DNA of 64,000 nucleotides from Octopus sinensis (taxonomy: Eukaryota): NCBI RefSeq assembly GCF_006345805.1, contig NC_043010.1, forward strand, positions 38,502,001 through 38,566,000, given 5' to 3'. The translations under genes and the position numbers were made by a program. Shown piece after piece: positions 1 through 59,248 of the stretch (its first letter is position 1; the number at the start of each line of letters is the position of its first letter). The notes beneath the pieces are model-generated. The model saw only the letters and a list, made by a program, of their open reading frames with translations, was not told where the DNA came from and ran no database searches.

Positions 1-120
1 AAGAAACCGATAGAATAAGTACTGGGCTTACAAAAGAATAAGTCCCGGGGTCGAGTTGCTCGACTAAAGGCGGTGCTCCAGCATGGCCGCAGTCAAATGA
101 CTGAAACAAGTAAAAGAGTA
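1..120 (+). mobile_element. tRNA-derived SINE family A, 3' part
   Basis: Tail gtcga..tcgactaaaggcggtgctccagcatggccgcagtcaaatgactgaaac, matching many copies in the window. Confidence 0.85.
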
Positions 121-867
121 AATGTTCACTACCTTACAAAAACTATATCAGCTAAGCAAATGTCCTTCTCCAAATGCATTTAAAACATTATTTCAGAATA
201 ATTATTGAGTAATTCCCCAGAATTACATTTGAAAACAGGCTCATATACATCAATATCCATCCTTAGATATCAGAAAGATCAGAAATGTATCAAAAACTTA
301 AAACATGAAAGAGAATCATGGAAAAATGGTATATGATATGAAATTAACGAAACTCCATTAAGTCAAAAAGTTCGACTTTAAATATTCTCAAAAACTTTTT
401 CACAATCTTCTGGAGTGGCTTTCTTTTCGGTATATATACGCAATATTCAATTAAAGAGAGAAATTATTGAAATTAGTCATGACTCATTTTACCCCATTTT
501 AGGCATCGTTTTTGAAACTTGATAAATGATCAAATTAGATATAAGTGTGGAGAAAAAGTGACTTGAACTTCAAAAGAGAAAAGAATGTTGATTGTCAAAC
601 ACCAAAAATTATCCAGATATTTTATTAACAACCTCAGTTACAATCGGGTTAAAGTTGAGAAGAAATTTCTTGAAAAAAAAGTACCTGTCACCTATGTTTC
701 AAACTCTTAAATTCATGAATTTTTATTCCTAGAGTTACTGTAATAGTACAAAACAACGATGGCAAGCTTGCAATGTAATGATTTAAAACAGACAGGTAGA
801 AATTAGAGAGAAATCAGAAATTACTAATTTTGCCCCAGTTACTAATTTTAATCACCCCCTCCCCCCA

Positions 868-1392
868 TCATGTGTGTGTGTGTTTGTATCTGTGTTTGTC
901 CTGCACTACCGCCTGACGATTGATGCTGGTTTGTTTACGTCCCCGTAACAGCCGTTCAGCAAAAGACCGATAAAATAAGTATCAGGCTTAAAAAAAATCA
1001 AATAAGTAGGTACTACTTGAGAACAGTGGTCCCGGTGCGCTCTTGCGCATCCGCGCCAGCTAGTCATGACTAGTCGATCCTTATTTTGTGTTATTTACTT
1101 TGTTTAAAAAAATTATTTACTTTGTGTTTTGGTATTTTATTTACTTTGTTTAACAAAAGTTATTTACTTTGTGTAAAAAAATCATTTATTTTGTGTTTTA
1201 TTTACTTTGCGAGGGAGTCGTTGTAGGATCGACTACTTACGACAAGCTAGCGCGGATGCGCGACTACGCGTGTGCGCGCACCTGGACCACTGTTCGCTAG
1301 TAGTACCAAATAAGTATTGGGGTCGATTCGTTCGACTAAAATTCTTCAAGGCAGTGGTCCAGCACGACTGTAGTCTAATGAACGAAACGTAG
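868..1392 (+). mobile_element. SINE family A 3' part, interrupted by a DNA transposon
   Basis: SINE body resumes after the duplicated aaataagta. Confidence 0.75.
1009..1307. mobile_element. Non-autonomous TIR element (MULE- or Merlin-type MITE), 299 bp
   Basis: About 75-85 bp imperfect TIRs (GGTACTAC...GTAGTACC), 9-bp TSD AAATAAGTA (1000-1008, 1308-1316), internal TTATTTACTTTGT tandem repeats. Confidence 0.85.
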
Positions 1393-1550
1393 TTTAATAA
1401 TACAAAACAAAATAAGATAACCCCACTCCACGCACATTGTCACCTAGCTTCTCCAGAAAAACGTTTTATTTGACATTTTAGCTAGTCTGAAAGATTAACT
1501 CCCCTTGATTTCTCCCTCGTGCAATAATAATAATTCGAACGGCAACATCG

Positions 1551-1600
1551 AAATTCAGCCAATCAGCAATCGCCTTGATTCTGATTGGCTTAATTTGAAA
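1551..1600 (+). promoter_or_regulatory. KIF11 proximal promoter: inverted CCAAT pair plus CHR-like TTTGAA
   Basis: AGCCAATCAG (1557-1566), CTGATTGGCT (1581-1590), TTTGAA (1594-1599), about 115-155 nt upstream of the ATG. Confidence 0.6.
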
Positions 1601-1712
1601 TTGTACCAAATACGAAAAATTTAAATCCAACAAGGCGAACTGGTCTTACTGTTATTGTACGTGTGTGTGATTGTTTGTTGAAAGTTATTTACTGTACGAC
1701 AGTAGTGAAAAA

Positions 1713-49686
<47,974 letters not shown>

Positions 49687-50470
49687 TTCGATGTGGAATT
49701 AGGATTTTGTGGGAATTAGGTTTTTTTAATCGTTAGGAGCAGGCAGTGGATAAAAACGTAGTTAAGGAAAATCTAGAGATGAATTTTTAATCTTTATTAA
49801 AAATTTATTTATTTTTTTGCAAAGGATCTTTCTCACTGTAAAATGGAGATGGTGGGAGGTGGGTGAAAAAAAAAGGAAAAAGCAAGGAAAAGTTCTTGAT
49901 AAGTCTACAGTGTTGTCAGATTTAATTAAATCTTTTTTTTTTTTCTCCCAGCTGCATCTCACCATAATATTGTCATCTGCTGTAAAGGACGGTTCTGTTT
50001 ACTTTCCAAACACACTGGCTCAATAAATGTAGAATAAGGGGGAGATACAAATAGTAGAAAGAAACAAACCAGTGTTGGTCTATTTCTTTATTGACTGTTG
50101 TTACAAAATTTTTTTTTTTTTTTTTTGTGTTTTGAATTGTTTTGTTTCTGCTTTGCTTATCCCTCATGGCACAACTTGGATTTGCTCTTTGCATTTATTT
50201 CTGAATCAGTGCTTTTTTTTTTTTTTTTTTTTTTTTGTTATTAGTGAGGGTAAGGAAAGAATACACACACTGCCAGTTCTAATTTTAAAATGAAACGGGG
50301 AATTAAAAATAATAAATGAACAGGAACCAGAGTTATTTACAAACAAGAACTGCATGAGCTGATTTTAACTTGGGCAGAAAATACTCTGCTGTTTTTATTT
50401 TAAAAAATGTTTAATTACATTGTATATGTACATTTTCAATTTTACATTTCATATTTTGCTGTATAAATCA
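49687..50470 (+). other. Probable KIF11 3' UTR (end uncertain)
   Basis: Follows the stop; AATAAA at 50022 and 50311, U-rich tracts, TTTTAAT motifs. Confidence 0.5.
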
Positions 50471-50477
50471 TTACCAT

Positions 50478-50650
50478 TTGATGTCTATTTCTCTCTCTCT
50501 CTCTCTCTCTCTGTCGTTCTGTTTGTCTGTCTTTTTTGCTCTCACCTTCTTTTTGTCCTTCTTGCATTCACTTTTCTACATTAACCTCTCTCACATACAC
50601 TTTCTTTCTCCCACATGCTCTCTCTCTCTCTCTCTCTCTCATGCTTTCTC
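50478..50650. repeat. (TC)n microsatellites and pyrimidine-rich low complexity
   Basis: Visible (TC)n runs at about 50488-50511 and 50620-50640. Confidence 0.8.
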
Positions 50651-53269
50651 TTGCTCTCAGCTTCTTAAAAACTTCTTTCCACATACATTGCAAACACATT
50701 TTCCATATATTTCTACTTCTCCCTTCTCTTCATTTACTGTTACTACTACTACTACTACTTTCTTTAAATTCTGTTTTTCTATCCCTTTTTTCCATTCCAT
50801 TCATTCAATAAATCTCCACTTCAACATATTGTATTTTATATCTACACACACACACACATGTACATGTATATATATTATGCACATACTGTTATATATACTC
50901 ATCTACACACATTATTTCTCATCTCCTCTGACTTATCTTAATAAATCACAAGCGATATTTTCTTTGTTAGCAATTGTTTTCTTCCCATTTATTGTAATAA
51001 TACACTTCAAAATCTCCATTAATTGTTCTGACCTCTCTAGGTCACTATCAATATGAATTTAACAACTAAAGCACTGAGCCGGCAGATTTGTTAGCAAGCC
51101 AGGTAGAATGCTTTAGCAACATCACATCTGTCTTTATATTCTGAGTTCAAATTCTGCTGAGGTCGACTTTGCCTTTTGTCCTTTCAAGGTTGATAAAGTA
51201 AGTACCAGTTGAACACTGGTGGTCGATGTAATTGACTTATCCTTCCCTTGAAATTACTGGCCTTGTGCCAAAATTTGAAAACTACTCGTTAGTTAACCAA
51301 AATTGTCAGGTCATTTGGAGAAGGAATGAACATTGCCACATTACAATTCATTTTTTCTATAAGCTGAGATATTATATTTAATTGTTGGAGAAGATGAAAT
51401 AAAATGAAAAAAATCAATATTATGATTATTCGCCTCATGAATTCCGTTACTGTTTCTAGAGACAGTCATGATTGCTGCTACATCTCATTGTCATTTGTCT
51501 GTTAATAAAATTTATAAAATTTTTCACTTTTAGAAAATCATAAACAATCTGTGCGGAGGAAAAGTACAGAACTTGTTATTTAAACAATTCAAAATTGATA
51601 TGGTGCTTATTTAAGTGTAAACTTATTGCATTTTTAAATTATGAACTGAACAATTAAAATTTTTCTTTATCGTCTAAATGTCTTTCATCTTTGCTTATTA
51701 AAAGTTTCATAAAATAAACCTTATTGTACCACATACTTAATGTATGTGTTTCATCCAAACATTTTGCTGGCTGACGTATTTCGTCCTGGGGAGAGTCCTT
51801 TTAAAACATGGAATGTTAAAAACAAAACACTGTCTCAAAACCAAATCAAATGAATCACCCCTGTAGGTGAATGAGAATCGTAGATATATATATACTCTTT
51901 TACTTGTTTCAGTCATTTAACTGAGGCTATGCTGGGGCACCGCATTTAGTCGAGCAAATCGCCCCAGGACTTATTCTCTGGAAGCCTAGTACTTATTCTA
52001 TCGGTCTCTTTGTCGAACCGCTAAGTTACGGGGACGTTAACACACCAGTATCGGTTGTCAAGCGATGGTAGTGGTGGTGACAAATATACATACATGGAAA
52101 ACGGACGTTAGACGATGATAATGATATAAATATATATATATACACAAACGATGGGCTTCTTTCAGTTTCTGTCTACCAAATCCACTCATGGCTTCGGTCG
52201 GCCCGAGGCTATAGTGGAAGACGCTTGCCCAAGGTGCCACGCAGTGGGAATGAACCCATAACTATGTGGTTGGTAAGCAAGCTACTTACGACGCAGCCAC
52301 TCCTGTGCCATACTTGATTAAACAAAGTACCAAACTTCTATTGGAGTAGATGGTATTGGCTCATCCCCTTGTGCACCTAATTTCAGTTCCTTATACCTAT
52401 AAATGTACAGGGACAAGTAACCTATTTTGAAAATGTATTTTCCTTTCCAGTTCTGCAGTCGATCTTGGTTTGTTTCTGTCCCCTTAACATAGCAGAGCAG
52501 CAGAAGAGTTTGATAGTATCTCTTTTTGTTTTGTTTTCTTAAAGTTTGGTATTTATTCTATGGTCGATTGAAGGTGGTGCCCCAGTGTGGCCACAGTCCA
52601 ATGACTGAAGCAAAAGAAAGATAAAAACCTTCAGCTGATCAATGCCTTGAGTGCAATTTGGACGGCGGAAAATATGCAGAAAGCCATAGTGTATGTATGT
52701 GCATAACGTGGAGCGAAAGTATGTAGTGTTTATTCCATCCGAGTTACATAGATACTCCCTTAATACTCCTGATTGCCATCAGAAATACTGTGAATTAATA
52801 ATAATTGGGTTGTTTATATAATCATTGAAGTTATTCTTAGAATATATATACTCTTTTTCAGTCATTTGACTGTGGCCATGCTGGAGCACCGCCTTTAGTC
52901 GAGTAAATCAACCCCAGGACTTATTCTTTGTAAGCCTAGTACTTATTCTATCGGTCTCTTTTGCCGAACTGCATCAATGATATGTGATGTTAGGGGTGGG
53001 GGACAAACATATATATATATATATATACATATATTACATATATACGATGGGCTTCTTTCAGTTTCCATCTACCAAATCCATTCACAAGTCTTTGGTCGGC
53101 CCGAGGCTATAGCAGAAGACACCCAACGTGGCACACAGTGGGACTGAATCCAGAATCATGTGGTTGTTAAGCAAGCTACTTACCACACGGCCACTCCTAT
53201 GCCTATGTAATATATTAGATTAAATTGCTTTGTGTATGCTTTGAAGTATAGAGCTCTTCATTTGGGGAA

Positions 53270-53490
53270 AGAAGAATATGTGATCTATAATGGGATTGAT
53301 GGGTCTAAAGAATATTGGTGGAACTTAATAATTAAAATAGGCACCACGTTAAAACACAACCAGCCAGATGTATGGGACCGCAAGTAAAAAGCATGTTCTA
53401 TTGAACTTAGCTGCCCTCAGGACACCATTGTGCTTAGAAAAATACAAGAGAAAGAAAACATCTATGGACCATTGATTTTGCAAAGTGTCT
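53270..53490 (+). mobile_element. Relic of a restriction-like endonuclease (RLE) non-LTR retrotransposon
   Basis: YWWNLIIKIGTTLKHNQPDVWDRK*KACSIELSCPQD...EKENIYGPL, resembling the HNRPD..IEvscP.D..EK..Y motif of R4/NeSL-type RLE domains. Confidence 0.65.
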
Positions 53491-54499
53491 AAGATACAGT
53501 TTCACATATATTATTCTTTTCTACTCTAGGCACAGGGCCTGAAATTTTTTGAGAGGAGGCGGGGCAGCTGATTAGATCGACTCCAGCACGCAACTGGTAC
53601 TTAATCTATCGACCCCAAAAAGATGAAAGGCAAAGTCGATCTTGGTGGAATTTGAACACAGAACGTAAAGACCGACGAAATACCTATTTCTTTACTACCC
53701 ACAAGGGGCTAAACACAGAGGGACAAACAAAGACAGACAAACGTAACTGGTATTTATTTAATCGACCCCGAAAGGATGAAAGGCAAAGTCGACCTCGGCG
53801 GAATTTGAACTCAGAACGTAACGGCAGACAAAATACCGCCTAGCATTTAGCCCGGCGTGCTAAAGTTTCTTATTTCTTTATTGCCCACAAACATAGAGGG
53901 GACAAACAAGGACAGACAAACGGATTAAGTAGATTACATCGACCCAGTGCGTAACTGGTACTTATTTAAACGACCCCGAAAGGATGAAAGGCAAAGTCGA
54001 CCTCGGCGGAATTTGAACTCAGAACGTAGCGGCAGACGAAATACCGCTAAGCATTTAGCCCGGCGTGTTAAAGTTTCTGTCAGCTCGCCGCCTACTGGAG
54101 GAACAGAATATGTATCAGCTACCCGGGCAAAGTACATCTTAACCTGGGTTTATGGTGAAAGAATGCAGCTCAATTCATTCATTACAAATGATCAGAACAT
54201 CTGGAACAATGAAAATCTGTAAAGCCTTGAAATTTAAAGGACCAGATGGTAATTGGGGTCGATGTAATCAACTTACCTACCCTCGCAGAAATTACTGGCC
54301 TTGTGCTAAAATTTGAAGCCAATAATTACCTAGACTTTCGGGTATCAAAAAGACATTTTAACTTAATTTCTTTTACCATTTTTTAAAAAAGTCTCACCTA
54401 GGTTGGTAATGATTCTGGATAATTCTTATAAGCAATGATAAATACATATTTTTACATCTCAGAAAAGACTCGTCTCATTCTTTTATAGAATATCTCAGT

Positions 54500-54990
54500 A
54501 TTTTCTCATCAACAACTACGACTTCCAAAAATCTGTTCTACATTTGTAAACCAAAACATGATACTGATTGCACATGCGTACATAGGCCTATACAGAGACA
54601 ATGGTGGAGGAAATGGCTTCTCACTTGCTACTCCAAAATGCACAATAAATGTCCAGTTATTGTAATGGCCAATCCAAGTAGTCAACTTCATTTTTGTACT
54701 CCTTGTACCAATTGTGAATAACAAGCTGTGTGAATCGGTGCATTATCATCCGAGAAAATTGCGCTACCATCAAGGACCAATGTTTGTACTCTAAGATGGA
54801 CATAATTTAGCTAGAATACTCAGATAACCCTTGGCGTTAACACTAACATGTAGAACAACTAAAGACCAAGATAATTCCCTAACATGGCTACTCGAATCAT
54901 CTCGGAGTTGCCTCCATGCTTCACAAAAGGGACCAACCAGCCATGGTTGTGTGTCACTTTGGGTTGCCTCCACACTTAAACTAGTCCTGA
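54500..54990 (-). pseudogene. Tc1-like transposase relic (DD34E region)
   Basis: LVVLHVSVNAKGYLSILA ... DGSAIFSDDNAPIHTA, with stops and frameshifts. Confidence 0.7.
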
Positions 54991-55353
54991 AATGGGGACT
55001 GAGATATTAATCATTTTTGATGGGGGAGACATCAATGTTGAGGGAGGGCAGGAGAGGCTTGGCATCCAACTTTATGGAGCTTCTGCCGGAAAGTTTTGGT
55101 TGATACAGGGTTGGCAAAGTGGTTTAATTTTAATGTCACTTTTGCTACCATAATTTAATAGTTTTTAGACACAATGCTTTACATTATTCTGCAGTTTCCC
55201 TGTTTGAGCGTTGTATAAAGTCAACATAACGTGACAGACACGTAGCTATATAGCCCTAGGAAGCATCGACGCTCCCTGTCGGCTTTGACACATTTTCTGT
55301 GTCCTTATATTTGCAAAGGGGAGGCAAGCACCCCCACCAGCTAGGACTAGCAA

Positions 55354-55399
55354 CCTGAAGACATGCATGTTTCTGGGTCTTGTACGTCATCAGTCCAGG
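55354..55399 (-). ncRNA. Type I hammerhead ribozyme motif within a Penelope pLTR-like relic (about 55200-55420)
   Basis: Minus strand: cctgga-CTGATGA-cgtacaagaccca-GAAAC-atgcat-GTC-ttcagg; 6-bp stem I, palindromic stem III, GUC triplet, weak stem II. Confidence 0.65.
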
Positions 55400-55999
55400 G
55401 TAGCGAGTCCCTACTAGCGGTGATACTTGCCAAGCCTTCTCAAATATATCCATTTACAGTGAAATCTATTCACTGAGCCAAACAAAAAGTGGTGTTCCCT
55501 TTATTTTGTCCGATTCCTGTATGTATACATACAAACCAGTTACTTGATTGACTATTTCAATTAATACAGAAAGCAGACATATGTGCCCAACACAATGCGA
55601 TACAACCAGTCTAATCTGAGGTATAATACCACAAAGTAGTCGATAAATATATAGAAATCTGTTAAAATGTTTAGAGCTGCAATACGAGTCTGTGATCAAA
55701 GAAGCGGAATCAAGGTCAGATGGCGGTAACAGTTTAGCGATGTCTTGAACTATGAGGTCGCAGTAACTCCAGCAGTAATTTGAAGGACTTGCACAAGTAC
55801 CTGTGATCCTCTAAGTTGATAATCCAACTATCAATGATGAAATACTGGTAGATGTAAAATTGATGAATACCGACAAAGCTCCCAGGAAACGTTGATATCG
55901 TTACTGAACTGGTTCAGAAAGGTGATAAGATACTGGGGTTTTTATCTGCTGTATTTCACAGTCAGGTCAAAGACGAAACTCTACAAGAGTTAAACTATA

Positions 56000-56406
56000 G
56001 GCGTAGGAGTGGCTGTCTGGTAAGTAGCTTGCTTACGAACCACATGGCTCCGGGTTCAATTCCCCTGCGTGCCACCTTGGGTGTCTTCTACTATAGCCTC
56101 GGGCCGATCAAAGCCTTGTGAGTGGATTTGGTAGATGGAAACTGAAAGAAGTCCGTCGTATATATGTATATATACATACATACATACACATATATATATA
56201 TATATGTATGTGTGTGTATACGTTTGTGTGTCTGTGTTTGTCCCCCCAACATCGCTTGACAACCGATGCTGGTGTGTTTACGTCCCTGTAAATTAGGGTT
56301 CGGCAAAAGACCGATAGAATAAGTACTAAGCTTACAAAGAATAATGCCTGGGGTCGATTTGCTCGACTAAGGGCGGTGCTCCAGCATGGCCGCAGTCAAA
56401 TGACTG
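56000..56406 (+). mobile_element. SINE family A, tail truncated, abutting a CR1 3' end
   Basis: Full head and body; ends at cagtcaaatgactg. Confidence 0.88.
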
Positions 56407-58104
56407 TTTCAGCCATGCGGCTGTGGTCATGCTGGAGCACCACCATGGTCTTTCTGACTTCCTCAGTCTTGGTGTTTCACATCACCACTCCTGTATGTGC
56501 CTGTTTCCTAGCTGTTGGTACATTTAATGTATAAGGAGAGTTTGATTCCGCAACCCTCATCTGTACCTCATGTCGGGCTGTTAGTTCATCCGGTACTGTG
56601 GAGAGGAGAATGTCTAATTCCTTTTTGAAGACATCTACTTCCACCTTATGCAAATTTCTTAATTTTTTGTGGCAGGGCTTTGAAAAGCTGTGAGCCTATT
56701 GCAATACCTAGTCCTGAATTTAGATGGAGTAAACGGTACCTTTTGTACAATGCAATGGCAGCCAGTTCTGGCGTTTGTATAACGCTCAATGCCAAAGTTA
56801 GGTAGTAGCCCTTCTAGGATTTTCCATATATATATTATTGCACATCTCTCACGCCTTTGCTCCAAAGAGTAGAGTTGTAGTTTTCTCAACCTATCCTTGT
56901 AGCTCATCCACTGCACTGTTTCAATCTTTTTAGTGTAGTAGCGTTGGACTGATTCAAGCTCCGCTGTTAGTTTGGCACTATGTGGTAACCATAACTGGGA
57001 ACAGTAGTCCAGGCAGACGTGAACAAAAGTTCTCTACAGGGTCAACATACTTTCTTGGTTTCTTGTCTTGAAAGACCTCAGTATCCATCCTGCCAGTTGT
57101 CTGCATTTTGCTGCCATCTTGCTTATGTGCATATGAAATGATGCGTCATTGCACATACTGATCCCCAAGTCTTTCACTGCCTGTGACTCTGGGATTGTAG
57201 TGCCTTCGGGTCTTATAAATGTACATTGTACTGTATTTGTACTGAGTTTATATTGCAGTGCTTGAAAATTTCCAGCATTAAACTGCATGTTGTTTATTTC
57301 GACCCACTTGTATACTGAGTTCAGGTCCCGCTGTAAGCTTGTAACATCTACTTGGTTTTTTACTGCCTGTGATAATTTTGTGTCATCGGCATAGCTAGTG
57401 ACAGTGGCTGTGGGCATATCTAAGAGGGCTATTATGAACAGTAATGACCCCAGAACAGTTCCCTGGAAGACACCACTTACAATTTCAGTTTCCTCAAGAA
57501 GGGTGCCATTGGCTGCAACTACCTGACTTCTGTTTTCAAGGAAGTCATGCAGCCACTTTCCCAGTTTATCAGCGATGCCGAGGTCTCGTAGCTTATGACT
57601 TATCATGCCATGATCTACCTTATCAAATGGCTTTGCAAAGTCAAGGTATATCACACTGACATCTGAATGGTCAAGCAGCTGTTTCAAAACCCAGTCATAT
57701 TGCTGTAGGAGTTGTGCGAGACACCTTGTTCCTGGTCGGAAGCCATGCTGTGTATTGTTCAGTAGGTCATTTTCTTCTAAAACATTATCAACTTCTTTCT
57801 TACGATTCACTCCATGACTTTACTGATATGTGAAGTCAGAGATATTGACCTGCAGTTTTTGGCCTCTGCTCTGCTTCCACCTTTGTGGATAGGGCATAAA
57901 ATACTTTCTTTCAGATTTTTAAGAAGTATACCACTTGCAAGGAAACTTTGGAAAAGTATCTGAAGTGCTTTCGCTAAAGTCTGCTCACATGACTTTAGGA
58001 GAATAGTTGGGAAGCCAGCAGGACTAGTGGCGGAGCATGATCTCATTTCATCTATGGCCGTTGTTACATCTGTTCCCTCAATGTTGATGTAATCGATGGC
58101 TGGC
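56407..58104 (-). mobile_element. CR1-clade LINE, 5'-truncated, RT and 3' end
   Basis: QHGFRPG, YLDFAKPFDKVDH, GVFQGTVLG, YADD, MSYKDRLRKLQLYSLEQRRER; frameshifts. Confidence 0.88.
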
Positions 58105-58130
58105 CTTCACTACATATTTTCTAGTTAGCG

Positions 58131-58166
<36 letters not shown>

Positions 58167-58195
58167 CGCTAACTAGAAAATATGTAGCGAAGACC
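58102..58195. repeat. Palindrome centred on (TA)17
   Basis: ggccttcactacatattttctagttagcgc-(TA)17-gcgctaactagaaaatatgtagcgaagacc. Confidence 0.85.
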
Positions 58196-59107
58196 TATTT
58201 TTTTTTTTTGGTGCAGGGGAGACAACTCTGGACATATCTTGCTATTTAACCCCCCCCCCCTCATTCACCTAAATTATTATAAAAATGACTAAGATTTTTC
58301 CTTTCTGTCGGCGTGTAATTTATTTCTAGATGGCTTTTTCAAACAAGCATAATCGCACCCAACAGTTTTTTTTTTAGAAAAAAAAACAAAAAACCTAATA
58401 CGAACTTAACTAGTGTTCTTTTCCCAGCGTATTGATTTGTAACAGTAGTACTTCGACAGTTATACTGTAGAAATTTTGTAATGCTGTAAGCGGTTACAAC
58501 CACGCTTGCCTAATAAATATAATGTGAAGGGCCGTAGATGGAGCACTATAGAATAACAGCACAAAAAAAAAAAGAAAGAAAAAAGAAAAAAAATGAGATC
58601 ATTATAATTTTAAAATGCAAATAACTAAATATATATTTATATATATTTAAATATCTATATATTTATCAGAGGATGACATAATTATATAAACAGTTTGACT
58701 TTCGAATGCTGTAAGCGGGCTAATTTTGGTCGTGAAATTAAAATCCAAAATGTAATTAAAAGAAACTGAGAAAGCAAACGTATAAATATATTATATACAC
58801 AATACTATATATATTATATTATATATAGATATAATTACACCTTTATATACAGTTGTATATTTATAATTACGCATCTACAAATAACTGTATATATCCATAT
58901 ATATATATATTTATATATGAATATATATATCTATATACGCACAATTACATATGTATACACATAGAATGTAATTACAGGTCTACACAGATGTGTATATAAT
59001 TGTGTGTATACACATATGTATTTATACAGATTTATATCTTAACTTGCATTTGTATATATATAAGCGTATTCAGTTTATATTTTGGTTGCTTGTTCGGCCT
59101 TATTATC

Positions 59108-59248
59108 ATGGCATCGGCTTCAGCCTCGTCGAAGCCCTCCACAGAAACTAATTCTGTTGCTCCAGCTGACAAAGAAGAATCGACGGCATCAGACAAAGAA
59201 AGCGAACAAGATCAATCCCAAAACACAGAATCCAATGAAAATCATCAA
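59108..59248 (+). CDS. ERI1: ERI1-like 3'-5' exoribonuclease, coding exon 1 (low-complexity N-terminus)
   Basis: ATG at 59108, MASASASSKPSTE...NENHQ, donor GTTAGT at 59249, phase 0 matches the next exon; Inr-like TCAGTT at 59070. Confidence 0.72.

Noticed and set aside
50478-51056. 192-aa hydrophobic ORF
   Set aside because: Translation of (TC)n/(TA)n low-complexity DNA.
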